A DNA stretch of 64,000 nt from an uncultured Verrucomicrobiae bacterium (lineage in GTDB: Bacteria > Verrucomicrobiota > Verrucomicrobiia > Chthoniobacterales > UBA10450): assembly GCA_963815455.1 (NCBI GenBank), contig CAWFGO010000001.1:693258-757257 (forward strand). Reading direction: 5' to 3'. Below are positions 39,964 through 49,500 of the stretch, piece after piece (position 1 is the stretch's first letter; each line of letters starts with the position of its first letter). Position numbers and translations under genes: made by a program. Below the pieces are notes generated by a model that was given only the letters and a program-made list of their open reading frames with translations, searched no databases and had not been told where the DNA came from.

Positions 39964-42900
39964 CTAAGGCAACCCGTGGCCGATGTTGGATTTGACTGAG
40001 GAGGCGTCGGTGCCGTTTATGGCGCCGTTGGCGTTCACGTCGGAGCGGAAGTTTGCGCTGGTGACCGCTTGGCCAATTCGCCCCTTGGTCTGCGACACAT
40101 CGGTGGAATTGACCGTTGCATTGTTGTTGGTGTCGCCCAGTAGCCGGCTCATCGGTATCACTACGTTGGCCAAAGGCTCATCCGCGGTGTTCACTCCGTT
40201 GAGCGTGACGTTGATGGTCTGCACATCGGCTACGTTGGTGAGCGGGATCGTGACCATGTTTCCGGACACGGTTACCATCCCGCCATTGCTGACGCCACCG
40301 GTCCCGATGGTTGCTGTGCCCAACGTGACCTGCGCCTGCGGGCTTCCCGTCACGGTCACATTGCCTGAGAACGTGACCACCATCGTGTAATCGTTGGTCC
40401 CGCCGCCGCTACGGCATTCGATTCCGGGCGTGCCGGTAAGCGGCAGATCGATGTCGAAGTCGCCTGCGCCGCCGTGGGTCTTTCGTGATACCGCGCCAGT
40501 CACGCTGGCCGGGCACGGCTCGTAGATGGCGGCGCTGTCCACTCGCCACCCAGCGTGCGAGACGGAGTTGTCCGAACACATCCGCCAGCGCAGCGTCACC
40601 GGCTGGCCAACAGCGGCACCCGGAAGGGTCACCGTAGAGGTTTCGAACCCACCAGAACCCCCATTGGAGATTCCGCTCCAGCCGCCGGTGGTGGTGTGGA
40701 TAGGCGCCGTTACGGTGCACGGATTGGCGAACCCGGTGCTGATCGACGTGTGGTTATAGCCCCCGCTAACAAAGCTGCCTCCTGCAGCGATGATGTCCTG
40801 ATAGGCGCCGCCGTTAATGCTGATCTCTAAGACCCCTACGTCGTAGGCAATGGCGGCGGACGACTGTTCCAAGTCGTAGTTCTGCCTGAAAGTCAGCTGC
40901 GCCGAAGCCGAGTTGACCGTAAGCGTTGGCGTGTCCAGCCGGTTATCCAGGAGATTAGCCGGATCTTGCGAGAAAACGGCGTTGGGCAGGCTATCCGCAA
41001 TCGGCGCCGGAGTTCCTGAATTGGAGGTAACCCATAATGGGAATCCACCTGAATTTACCCCCTGCGTGGCCACCCATCCCGTGGGCAGCATCGGCGGAGT
41101 GACTCCGTCAAAGTTCTGCACGAATGTCGGACAGAAATTACCGGTGTAATTGTAATTCCCCGAGAAGGCGAGGTTCGGGTTTCCAAACGAATCGGTGATT
41201 GCGCCGGCGCCAATGCTCGCTGTCACCATGCCCGAGAAAATACTCGTGAAGTTCAACGTAAACCGCGCGGTCGTGTTCCCGTTGATCAGGGTAACCATTG
41301 TCACGGTGCCGGGAATGCCGCTCAGCGTCAGATCGCTCGTTTGCACCGAGGCCGGATCGACAGCTTCGTTGAAGTTCACGTCGTACATCGACGACCCCGG
41401 CCCCGAGAAGTTGCCGCCCACCGGCGGATTAGTCGTAGTCACCTGAAGGGCCAGAGCATCGTACCGGAACGTGCACGTGAAATCCATCACCGCGTTACCC
41501 ATTGTGTCGTTAAAAGCGCCCGCGGCAATGTGCATCGTGTTGAGGCCCTGCACCACCGGCGTGCTGCTGAAGTGGAACGTAATCTGGGTATTGCCTGCGC
41601 CGAAGGTAGGCGCCAAGTTTGACGGAGTTCCGTTCACTGTGAAATCACCTGCCTGAACGGTCCTCGTATTCACCGCATCGTTCAGGTTGATGACGAAGTC
41701 CACAGGTTGCGTGGCGATCACGCTGTTGCAAGCCGGCACGTTGCTCGACACGCCAAAACCCAAGCCGGGGAGGGTGAGTGTATTCGTGTATAGGTCAAAC
41801 GCGTGCAACGTGCCATCCGCGTTTGTGCCATCGCAGTTCGCGTTGTCTGCCCAGACCGTGTAGAGCTTGCCCGCGTGCGCGGACTGACCAACATAGTCGC
41901 CAAAGTCGATACCGTTGCTCGACGCCGCCGCGTTCGAGAAGCCGCCGCTCAAGCGCGTGTTCGGCGCCCAGGTGGCGCCGCCATCGGTGCTGAAGGTGCC
42001 ATAATATTCGGCATCGTCATTGGCAATGCTATTCGTCCCGCCGGAACCGGGCACGCCATTGTCGTTGCGACAATCATGAAAGCCCACCGCCACCGTCCCG
42101 GTTGTACGGTCCAATGCGAGATATGGCAAAAACTGGCTTCGGATCGGCGACGCCGGGTCGTCGTTCACGCGCACCGGCGCGGTCCAGGTCGCGCCGTCAT
42201 CAGTCGATGTGCGCATCTCAATATCCGTGTCGTTGTTCTCGTTTACAGTCTCCTCCGTGTACACCAGGTAGATGCGATTGTTGAACGGCCCACCGGTCGT
42301 GTCCCATACCAGTCCGGCCTCGGCATCAATGGAGCGTCCGTTCTGTGCCGGGATAAAGTCGAAGCCGCCCACGTTGGTCGTCGTGACGGTGATGCGCGCG
42401 CCGAACCCCCCCGCTCCCAGGCCATCCGCATCCACATTGGCGTAGATCGTCGCTGGACCCTGCCCACCAGTCGGGCTTTGATAAGTTACGATAACCTTGC
42501 CGCCGTTCGCACCGGGTCCAACCGCGATACCGCCAAAACTGCCGCTGGCTGACGGGATTGACTGCTGGGCGCCGAATGGCCCCCAAGTACCCAGACCCGT
42601 CACTGGCGCCCCGCGCGCGACCATACTTCCGCTCGAGTTCCAGTCGACCCACACGCTGCCGTTACCCACAGCGATCGAGGGCTGATCCACGCTGCCCGTG
42701 CCCGCAGTTACCGGTGCGCTGAATGTTGCGCCGCCATCGGTACTCAAGATGACGTTGATTTGGTTGACGCTGTTGTTGATGTAGACAAGAAACAAGTTCC
42801 CGAACGTGTCCCACGCTGCCTGCCCGTCGCAGCAGGCCACACCCGTGGCTACGGTGCCACGCGTCCAGGTCGCACCGCCGTTAGTCGAGTACGCGCGGAA

Positions 42901-43224
42901 AATGCTGTTCTCGCTGGCCAGGTTCGAAAAGGCCACGAGGTTGTTTGGATTCGTCGGGTTGACGACAACGTGACTCTCAGACTCGTTGCCCGCCCGGACG
43001 CTGACGTTTACCACCGGCACCAGGCAGGCCGCCGGCTCCGCCGGTTTTAACAGTTCGGATACTATCGGGAGCCGGTTCTTGGGTTTAATGCATTTGCGTG
43101 TGCCCTCGGGCACATTCTTGTCCTGGTTCGCCGGCAGCATCACTTGGGCGTCCAACGTGCACTTGCCAGGCGTGAGGAATGTGAAAACCGCGGAAAGCGC
43201 AACGAGGGCGAGGCGTTTTTTCAT
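39964..43224 (-). CDS. Giant secreted protein: N-terminal Asp-box (sialidase-like) propeller, Ig-like repeats, C-terminal dockerin-like repeats
   Basis: Signal peptide (MKKRLALVALSAVFTFL). Asp-boxes STNGGATWT, STDGGATFS, STDDGATWT, STDGGATWA. The C-terminus DTNNNATVNSTD...DVNANGAINGTD is a dockerin type-I-like duplicated Ca-binding motif. Confidence 0.75.
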   Translation of the reverse strand: MKKRLALVALSAVFTFLTPGKCTLDAQVMLPANQDKNVPEGTRKCIKPKNRLPIVSELLKPAEPAACLVPVVNVSVRAGNESESHVVVNPTNPNNLVAFSNLASENSIFRAYSTNGGATWTRGTVATGVACCDGQAAWDTFGNLFLVYINNSVNQINVILSTDGGATFSAPVTAGTGSVDQPSIAVGNGSVWVDWNSSGSMVARGAPVTGLGTWGPFGAQQSIPSASGSFGGIAVGPGANGGKVIVTYQSPTGGQGPATIYANVDADGLGAGGFGARITVTTTNVGGFDFIPAQNGRSIDAEAGLVWDTTGGPFNNRIYLVYTEETVNENNDTDIEMRTSTDDGATWTAPVRVNDDPASPIRSQFLPYLALDRTTGTVAVGFHDCRNDNGVPGSGGTNSIANDDAEYYGTFSTDGGATWAPNTRLSGGFSNAAASSNGIDFGDYVGQSAHAGKLYTVWADNANCDGTNADGTLHAFDLYTNTLTLPGLGFGVSSNVPACNSVIATQPVDFVINLNDAVNTRTVQAGDFTVNGTPSNLAPTFGAGNTQITFHFSSTPVVQGLNTMHIAAGAFNDTMGNAVMDFTCTFRYDALALQVTTTNPPVGGNFSGPGSSMYDVNFNEAVDPASVQTSDLTLSGIPGTVTMVTLINGNTTARFTLNFTSIFSGMVTASIGAGAITDSFGNPNLAFSGNYNYTGNFCPTFVQNFDGVTPPMLPTGWVATQGVNSGGFPLWVTSNSGTPAPIADSLPNAVFSQDPANLLDNRLDTPTLTVNSASAQLTFRQNYDLEQSSAAIAYDVGVLEISINGGAYQDIIAAGGSFVSGGYNHTSISTGFANPCTVTAPIHTTTGGWSGISNGGSGGFETSTVTLPGAAVGQPVTLRWRMCSDNSVSHAGWRVDSAAIYEPCPASVTGAVSRKTHGGAGDFDIDLPLTGTPGIECRSGGGTNDYTMVVTFSGNVTVTGSPQAQVTLGTATIGTGGVSNGGMVTVSGNMVTIPLTNVADVQTINVTLNGVNTADEPLANVVIPMSRLLGDTNNNATVNSTDVSQTKGRIGQAVTSANFRSDVNANGAINGTDASSVKSNIGHGLP

Positions 43225-43369
43225 ATGGGATTTTGGCCACGAGGGCTAAATCATTTTCGAACCAATGTCGAGCCAATTCACGAAGACAGCGGAACCCCGT
43301 TGAGGTCTTTTTCCCTTGCGGCGACAAACTGTCATTGACAATTGATACCCACTCAGATGGAATGAAAAA

Positions 43370-43792
43370 ATGAAACCCCAACGATTAATTTTAGCCCTGC
43401 TTGCGCTAACATTTGTTTTGGGTCCGCAATTGCCCGGAACCGCATCGGCGAAGGATAACAAGAAATACACTGCCAGACTGATCTCGCCGAGACCGGGAGA
43501 GGTTTTGATTCCTGGAAAAGTTGTGAGGATTGAATGGGCGGCGGATTTTCCAGACGTGGACCTGTCGATGTGTGAGACGGAAGTTCTGCTTTCGCTCGAT
43601 GGTGGCCGGACGATCTACGCGCTTCTGACGGAGCAGCGTAACCCGAATGTGCATTATTTCGATTGGACCGTCCCGAATACGCCTACCAGCACAGCGGTGC
43701 TGGACATTCGCTTTGGCTGCCTGAATCTTTACCCGGAAACGTCAAGCCTTCAGGTTCAATCCGCTTTTACGATCGGCCCGGCGACGAATTGA
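43370..43792 (+). CDS. Hypothetical secreted protein
   Basis: ATG start and a signal peptide (MKPQRLILALLALTFVLGPQLPGTASA). No family recognised. Confidence 0.55.
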   Translation: MKPQRLILALLALTFVLGPQLPGTASAKDNKKYTARLISPRPGEVLIPGKVVRIEWAADFPDVDLSMCETEVLLSLDGGRTIYALLTEQRNPNVHYFDWTVPNTPTSTAVLDIRFGCLNLYPETSSLQVQSAFTIGPATN

Positions 43793-43836
43793 TTTTTTTG
43801 GTGCCTTGCCGCGGGATCAGACTATAGCCGTCTTCG

Positions 43837-44253
43837 TTGTCCCTCAGAGTGAGAATCATACTTTCGACCCTAGCAGCACTGGGCCTTCTGGCTGTTCCCG
43901 CCACGGCGCCGGCGCAAGTGACCAGTGGAGAACAGCCTCCCCATTCGGCGCACGCACCCTCAAAAGCGGATGCCGCATCACTCCAGAAAAAAGCCGCCGA
44001 TGCCCAAGCCCGGATTCAGTCCAATCAGAACGACCGCGACCAGCTAATGAAAGCGGTCAAGACGAACGAGGTGGGGTTGGCCAAACAAGTCCTCCTCAGA
44101 AACGGATTCACCCCTGTCGATTTGGAAAATGCGAAGATTACTCTACGGACGGGCGGCGGAAAGGGAGGCAAAGACGAAATAGAAATCACTGCCACCTGTT
44201 GTGATCCAAAGGAAATCACAATCCAGCGATCCCTGGAGTACTTCACCAAATAG
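43837..44253 (+). CDS. Hypothetical secreted protein
   Basis: TTG start (GTG alternative at 43848). Signal peptide (LRVRIILSTLAALGLLAVPATAPAQ). Confidence 0.5.
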   Translation: MSLRVRIILSTLAALGLLAVPATAPAQVTSGEQPPHSAHAPSKADAASLQKKAADAQARIQSNQNDRDQLMKAVKTNEVGLAKQVLLRNGFTPVDLENAKITLRTGGGKGGKDEIEITATCCDPKEITIQRSLEYFTK

Positions 44254-44353
44254 CCGTCACGGAAAATCCGGCGCACCTTGTCACTCCCGGTGGAGCGAGC
44301 CGCCTCCCTGTGCCGGGCGCAGGCCGGCGGCAGAGCGCCGCGGCTACAACAAT

Positions 44354-44383
44354 TTCTTCGTGTCCTTCGTGTCCTTCGTGGTT
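44354..44383. repeat. Family-C short repeat, duplicated unit
   Basis: ttcttcgtgtccttcgtgtccttcgtggtt in the thrS upstream region, preceded by gccgcggctacaa, which resembles family-B/A arm fragments. Confidence 0.55.
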
Positions 44384-44436
44384 AATTGCTCCCGTTTATG
44401 CAGGAAGACCGCAAAACTCTAGACCAACGCGCGACG

Positions 44437-46494
44437 ATGACGGACTTGGAACGTCTTCGCCATTCGGCATCGCATGTTCTCGCCACCGCGATTCTAAAAA
44501 TCTGGCCGGAGGCCCAATTCGCCGCCGGTCCGCCGGTCGAGAACGGTTTTTATTACGATGTCGATCTTCCCCACCGGATTTCGCCTGACGACTTCGAAAA
44601 GATCGAGGCCGAGATGAAGAAGGAAATCAAGGCCAATCATCCGTTCGAAAAGATCGAAGTCTCCCGCGACGAAGCTTTGGCCATGGCGAAACGCGGTGAA
44701 CTTGGTGCCCTTGGTGCGAGGTCCGAGCCGAGCAAGTTCAAGATCGACATCATCGAGAACATCCCGGCGGATGAGAAAATCTCGCTCTATCGCAACGGCG
44801 ATTTCCTCGATCTCTGCGCCGGCCCCCACGTGATGCGCACCGGAAACGTCGGCGCGTTCAAACTGACGCACGTCGCGAGCGCCTATTACAAAGGCGACGA
44901 AAAGAATCCGCAGCTCCAACGCATTTACGGCACCGCTTTCAAAAACAAGACGCAGCTCGACGAATATTTCGCCATGCTCGAGGAAGCGAAGAAACGCGAC
45001 CATCGCAAGCTCGGCAAAGAACTGGAGATTTACATCATCGACGACGACGTCGGCCCCGGGTTGCCGCTGTGGCTTCCGCGCGGCGCCGCCATGATCGAAG
45101 AACTGGAGAGGCTCGCCAAGGAAACCGAGTTCGCCGCCGGCTATCTACGCGTGCGCACGCCGCATATCGCGCGCGAAAGTCTCTATCTAAAAGAGCGGAC
45201 ATCTTCCTTACTACTAGGGAGTCAATGTTTCCGCCGATGCCGGTCGAGAAAACACGAAGAATATCGCATTGGGCCGCTTGTTTTGAGCGAGGGAGAAGCA
45301 AAGGGCGATTTGGACACTCACGAGAAGGCGGTAAAGGCATTCATGCCTGATTTGGATACGCCCGGACATCCGCGAGTCGATGAGCAAAATGACTCAGCGA
45401 GGAAATTGATCAGATTATTGAGGAGCGAATGTTCGAAAATGGGGCGACAGAAGTTAACAAAGCCTTTAACAGAGGTGCCATTGATAATTGGTTATCAATG
45501 GTAATGCTGACCCAAATAGCGCCGATTGAAGATCGCTATTTTCTCAAAGCGATGAACTGTCCGCATCATCACAAGTTGTTTGCGGCGGTTCCTCGGAGTT
45601 ATCGCGATCTGCCGCTGCGGCTGGCAGAGTACGGGACCTGTTATCGCTACGAGCAGAGCGGTGAATTGATCGGACTCATGCGGGTGCGCTCGATGCAGAT
45701 GAACGACGCGCACATTTATATGCACGCCGGAGCAGTTCGAAACCGAGTTCAACGCCGTGAACGAGATGTATCTGAAATATTTCAAGCTCTTCGGGATCGA
45801 GAAATATCTGATGCGTTTCTCGACCCACGATCCGGCCAAGCTCGGACAAAAATTTGTCGATGAACCGGAGCTTTGGAAACAAACCGAAGAAATGACCCGC
45901 AACGTTCTCAAGAATTCCGGGATCAATTACGTCGAGGTGCCAAACGAAGCGGCGTTTTACGGACCGAAGATCGACGTGCAAGCCTGGAGCGCGATCGGGC
46001 GGGAATTTTCCATCGCCACCAACCAGGTCGATTTCGCGCAGCCGCGCCGGTTCGAGCTCGTTTACAAAGACAAGGACAACACCGAGAAAACGCCGCTCTG
46101 CATCCATCGCGCCCCGCTCGGCACCCACGAACGATTCATCGGCTTCCTGATCGAACATTACGCCGGCAATTTCCCGCTTTGGTTATCCCCGGAACAGGTC
46201 CGCATCCTCACCATCGGCGACGACGCGAAGCTGATCGATTATTCGATGTCGATCTTAAATGAGTTGCGCGCACATCAAGTCCGCGCCGAGATCGACAAGA
46301 GCACCGATCAAATCAACGGCAAAATCCAGCGCGCCGAACAAATGAAAGTCCACACCATGTTCGTGATCGGAAAACGCGACCTCGAGGCAGACGCCGTCAG
46401 CGTCCGCGTTCACGGCAAGGGAAATCTCGGCGCCAAACCGCGCGCGGAAGCGATCGAGGACATTTTGCTGTCGATCAAGGAACGACGCAGTTAG
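44437..46494 (+). pseudogene. thrS: Threonyl-tRNA synthetase (no TGS domain), interrupted by a 288-nt insertion and three single-base frame breaks
   Basis: Pieces lie in ORFs 44386..45504, 45069..45350, 45429..45863 and 45757..46494. Motifs: HSASHVL (editing domain), [45 protein letters not shown] (motif 2), HRAPLGTHERFIG (motif 3), plus the anticodon-binding domain. Confidence 0.85.
45239..45526 (+). other. Discrete 288-nt intervening segment inside thrS (281 nt unique plus one copy of the CGCCGAT direct repeat); nature unknown
   Basis: CGCCGAT occurs at 45232-45238 and 45520-45526. Lower G+C than the flanks. In-frame stops at 45348, 45381 and 45390. Perfect hairpin at 45478-45501. Excision restores [22 protein letters not shown]. 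Confidence 0.5.
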
Positions 46495-46502
46495 ACTGGG
46501 GA

Positions 46503-49500
46503 ATGCTTCGGGCCTGGCGCTCAGTTAGCGTCACGATTGTTGCGCTCTGGACATCCGCGACATTTCTCTCCTCCGCAGACAAGCCGGGAGCGTATACCAA
46601 ACTCCCTGCAGACCAGGCCGTGGCCCAGTTGTTCGACAGTCCTGCACCGCCGGTCGATTGGCGGGAATATCTTCGCCAGCATCCGCTAAAGCGGAATATT
46701 CCGGCCAAGAACGCTCCTCTTGACGACGTTCTGGAATACTGGCGTTACGCCGCGGACGAACCCCCGCCCGACGCAGACACGCAACAACGATTGCTTGAAG
46801 TATGCGAGCGCGACCCGGACGAATTGCCCGACTTTGCGCGTTTCTTTGGCAAAGCGTCGATCGACACTCAGGAACGATTGAAGCGAATTTACGACCGAAC
46901 CTCGTCGAAACACACGGCAAAAGCTGAGGATCTCGCGCGAAATTTTCATGACTGGCTGATGAAACACACGCGTTACTTTCGCGAAGACTTTATCAAGAGA
47001 GTCTTTCCGGCCGAAGACGGATTGCGAATTGCGGCGACAGAGAACGAACTAGAAGCCTTCATCAACCTCGACCGCGAATCAGCGCGCAGCCATTTGATTG
47101 AGCAAGCAAAAAGCGCTGACGAATCGCTGCGTATCTCCGCCCTTTCATTGCTCTTCGAATATTTTGGCACCGATGCCGACGCGGAGTCATGGCGAAAGGA
47201 ACTTTGCGCGATGGCCACGGATCGGGATAAGCCTACGGATCTTCTAGAAAAGGCGATTTTCGGTGCAATGAAACGTCCCTGGCCCGGCCGGGAAAAATGG
47301 TTCACGAGACTATTCGAAGATCGGCAATTGCTTCATCCGGACAAGCCCGCGGACATGAATGCGCTGGCCAAGTGTGTCGCGCGTGAGCCCGATCGATTGA
47401 TTGCATTGGTTACGCCTTTGGTGGTCTCAGCCAACGTGACCATTCGCGACAACGCGGTCCAGTGCCTGGTCCAATTCGACAATGCAGAAAAGGCCCGGGC
47501 TGATGCACTGCGTCCATTGTTACCGTGGCTGACAAATAAACGTTGGGCTGACGACGTCGACGGTTTTGAGCGTTCCTCTTTGTTCCGCGCGTTGACTTTG
47601 ACAAATCTGCCGGAGTGCGCGCCGCTTCTCCCGAAGTGCATAGAAAGCGAAACCGGCGCGCAGCTCGAGTATGCGCTGGATGCGTCGGTGCATTATCGTG
47701 TGAGCGATGCAATTGCTCCCATGCGACGAAGAATAAAGCACGAGCGGAATGATGAATATCGCACCGCGTTAATGTCGGCGCTGTTTCACCTGAATGGCTT
47801 AAAACCGAGCGAGATCTCAGATTGCCTGAGGCCATATGTCGAGAAGGTCGCGGACAAGCTCGAAGAATGGGGTGGCTCGGATTATTATTCATGGTCGGCG
47901 GTGGATAAGCATGGAGTGGATTGGCATGCGGAAGTCGGGTACAAAATCGCGTCGAGCGTCACGGGAATTGAGGCCGCGGCGAAAGTCGTGCTCGATCTGG
48001 CCCATCAAGAGGAGGCGAAAAACCCGATTGCTTCCGAACATCTTTACTGCCTGGCGTTGAAATGGCCGACATCGATCAGAAGGCGCGTACTCACGGAGCG
48101 ATTGCAAGGCGGCGCATTTTCTCCCGCCTGGATTGGAACAGTGATTGAGCTAAGGCACGACCTTAAGCAGACACTACACGAAGTAGCCGATCTCAAAGGT
48201 TCTGGACAGGGAATTCAAGCGGCGCTGACCGAAGATCAAGGTTCGATCGAAACGGTATTGAAAGGCACCGATAGCGCGGCGCAAACTGCGGTGTTCGCGT
48301 GCGCCCGTCTGGCGCGTGTTTCGATTCCCTTGGATCTTGCGGTTCGCTTTCTCGATTCGAGCGATCAGCACCTGATGCAAGCGGCCGATAAATATTTTGC
48401 GGAAAGCGATTCGCCGAATGCCCGGGCCGAAGCTAAGAAGCGTGCAGTCAATCGGGCAAGAGTTCTGGGGACGCAACTGAACTTTTCGGCGTTTGCAATG
48501 GATCATGGCGCCATCTCGCGGACGGAAGCAGAGCTGAGGGCGTTTTTTCAGCGATCTGATCCACCACGCGAGATATTTGCTTTGCTCAGTGAAGGCAATT
48601 TTGGCAATGACGGGCAACGGGCATTGTTTGTTTACAACAAGCGGAACGTACTACGCTGCGCGGATGGCAACGGGCGCATGCGCGAACGAGAAGTCTCGCC
48701 TGCGGAACTCGATGTTCTTCGCAGTTGGATCGTGAAGAACGATGTCGGCAATCTGCCGCCGTATGACGAAGGCACAATGGATGGCATCCAATTGCAATAC
48801 GTTCACATCACTCCGGATGGAGGAGAGCGCGTCTTCATGAACAATCCACCAGGCGGACCCATGGGGGCCGCGAAAGTTCAACCCGGAATTACCGAGCGCC
48901 GGCCTGATCCGATCGTTTACTCAGAACTGACCCGCCGGATTATGAAGTTGAACGAAGTTCCAATGGCTGTCGTCTATCCAACGCTCAAAAAGCTTGAAGG
49001 ATACCGCGTTGTTCACGCGAAGGAACAAGGCGAAATTGCATCGTTGCGGTTTCGCGAAGGCGAACTGTTCGCCGGAGTGACCATTTCGTACGACAAGCCG
49101 ATTGAGTGGTGCGTCGTCGAAAACGATCATTTGTCGAGGAAGTTTCGAACGGAACCGCCCAACCCGTTGAAGCGACAGTTGTGGCCTGATTACAATGACT
49201 GGGACGACCGCGCTGCGAACGTTGAAGAAGGTCCGTATGCAGGAAAGCTCCTTTGGCCGGGAACCAGACAAAAAGATAACGTAGATGGCCTTTGGGCTTC
49301 GGGTCGGACTGGCCAACCAGACCTCATTGCGCGCGGAATATTCTACCGCCCGCTAGTTTGCCCTGCCGGTGACTGGATCGTGGTTGCCAAAACTCAAGAA
49401 GGCGAGATGTGGAATGCTCCTAATGGGGTTGTGCGAATTCACCTTCCTGCAAAGCGCATGTTTCCTGTCGATCTTCCGCCAGCTGATAACTTCGACGCTG

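Noticed and set aside
45239-45526. thrS insertion as a canonical group I or group II intron, intein or classical MITE
   Set aside because: - Group II: no GUGYG...AY boundaries, and far too short.
- Group I: within the 7-nt junction ambiguity, no option gives both a 5'-exon U and a 3'-terminal intron G. I could not find P/Q/R/S-like core elements by eye.
- Intein: too short, and it contains stop codons.
- MITE: no terminal inverted repeats.

A non-canonical element remains possible (see findings).
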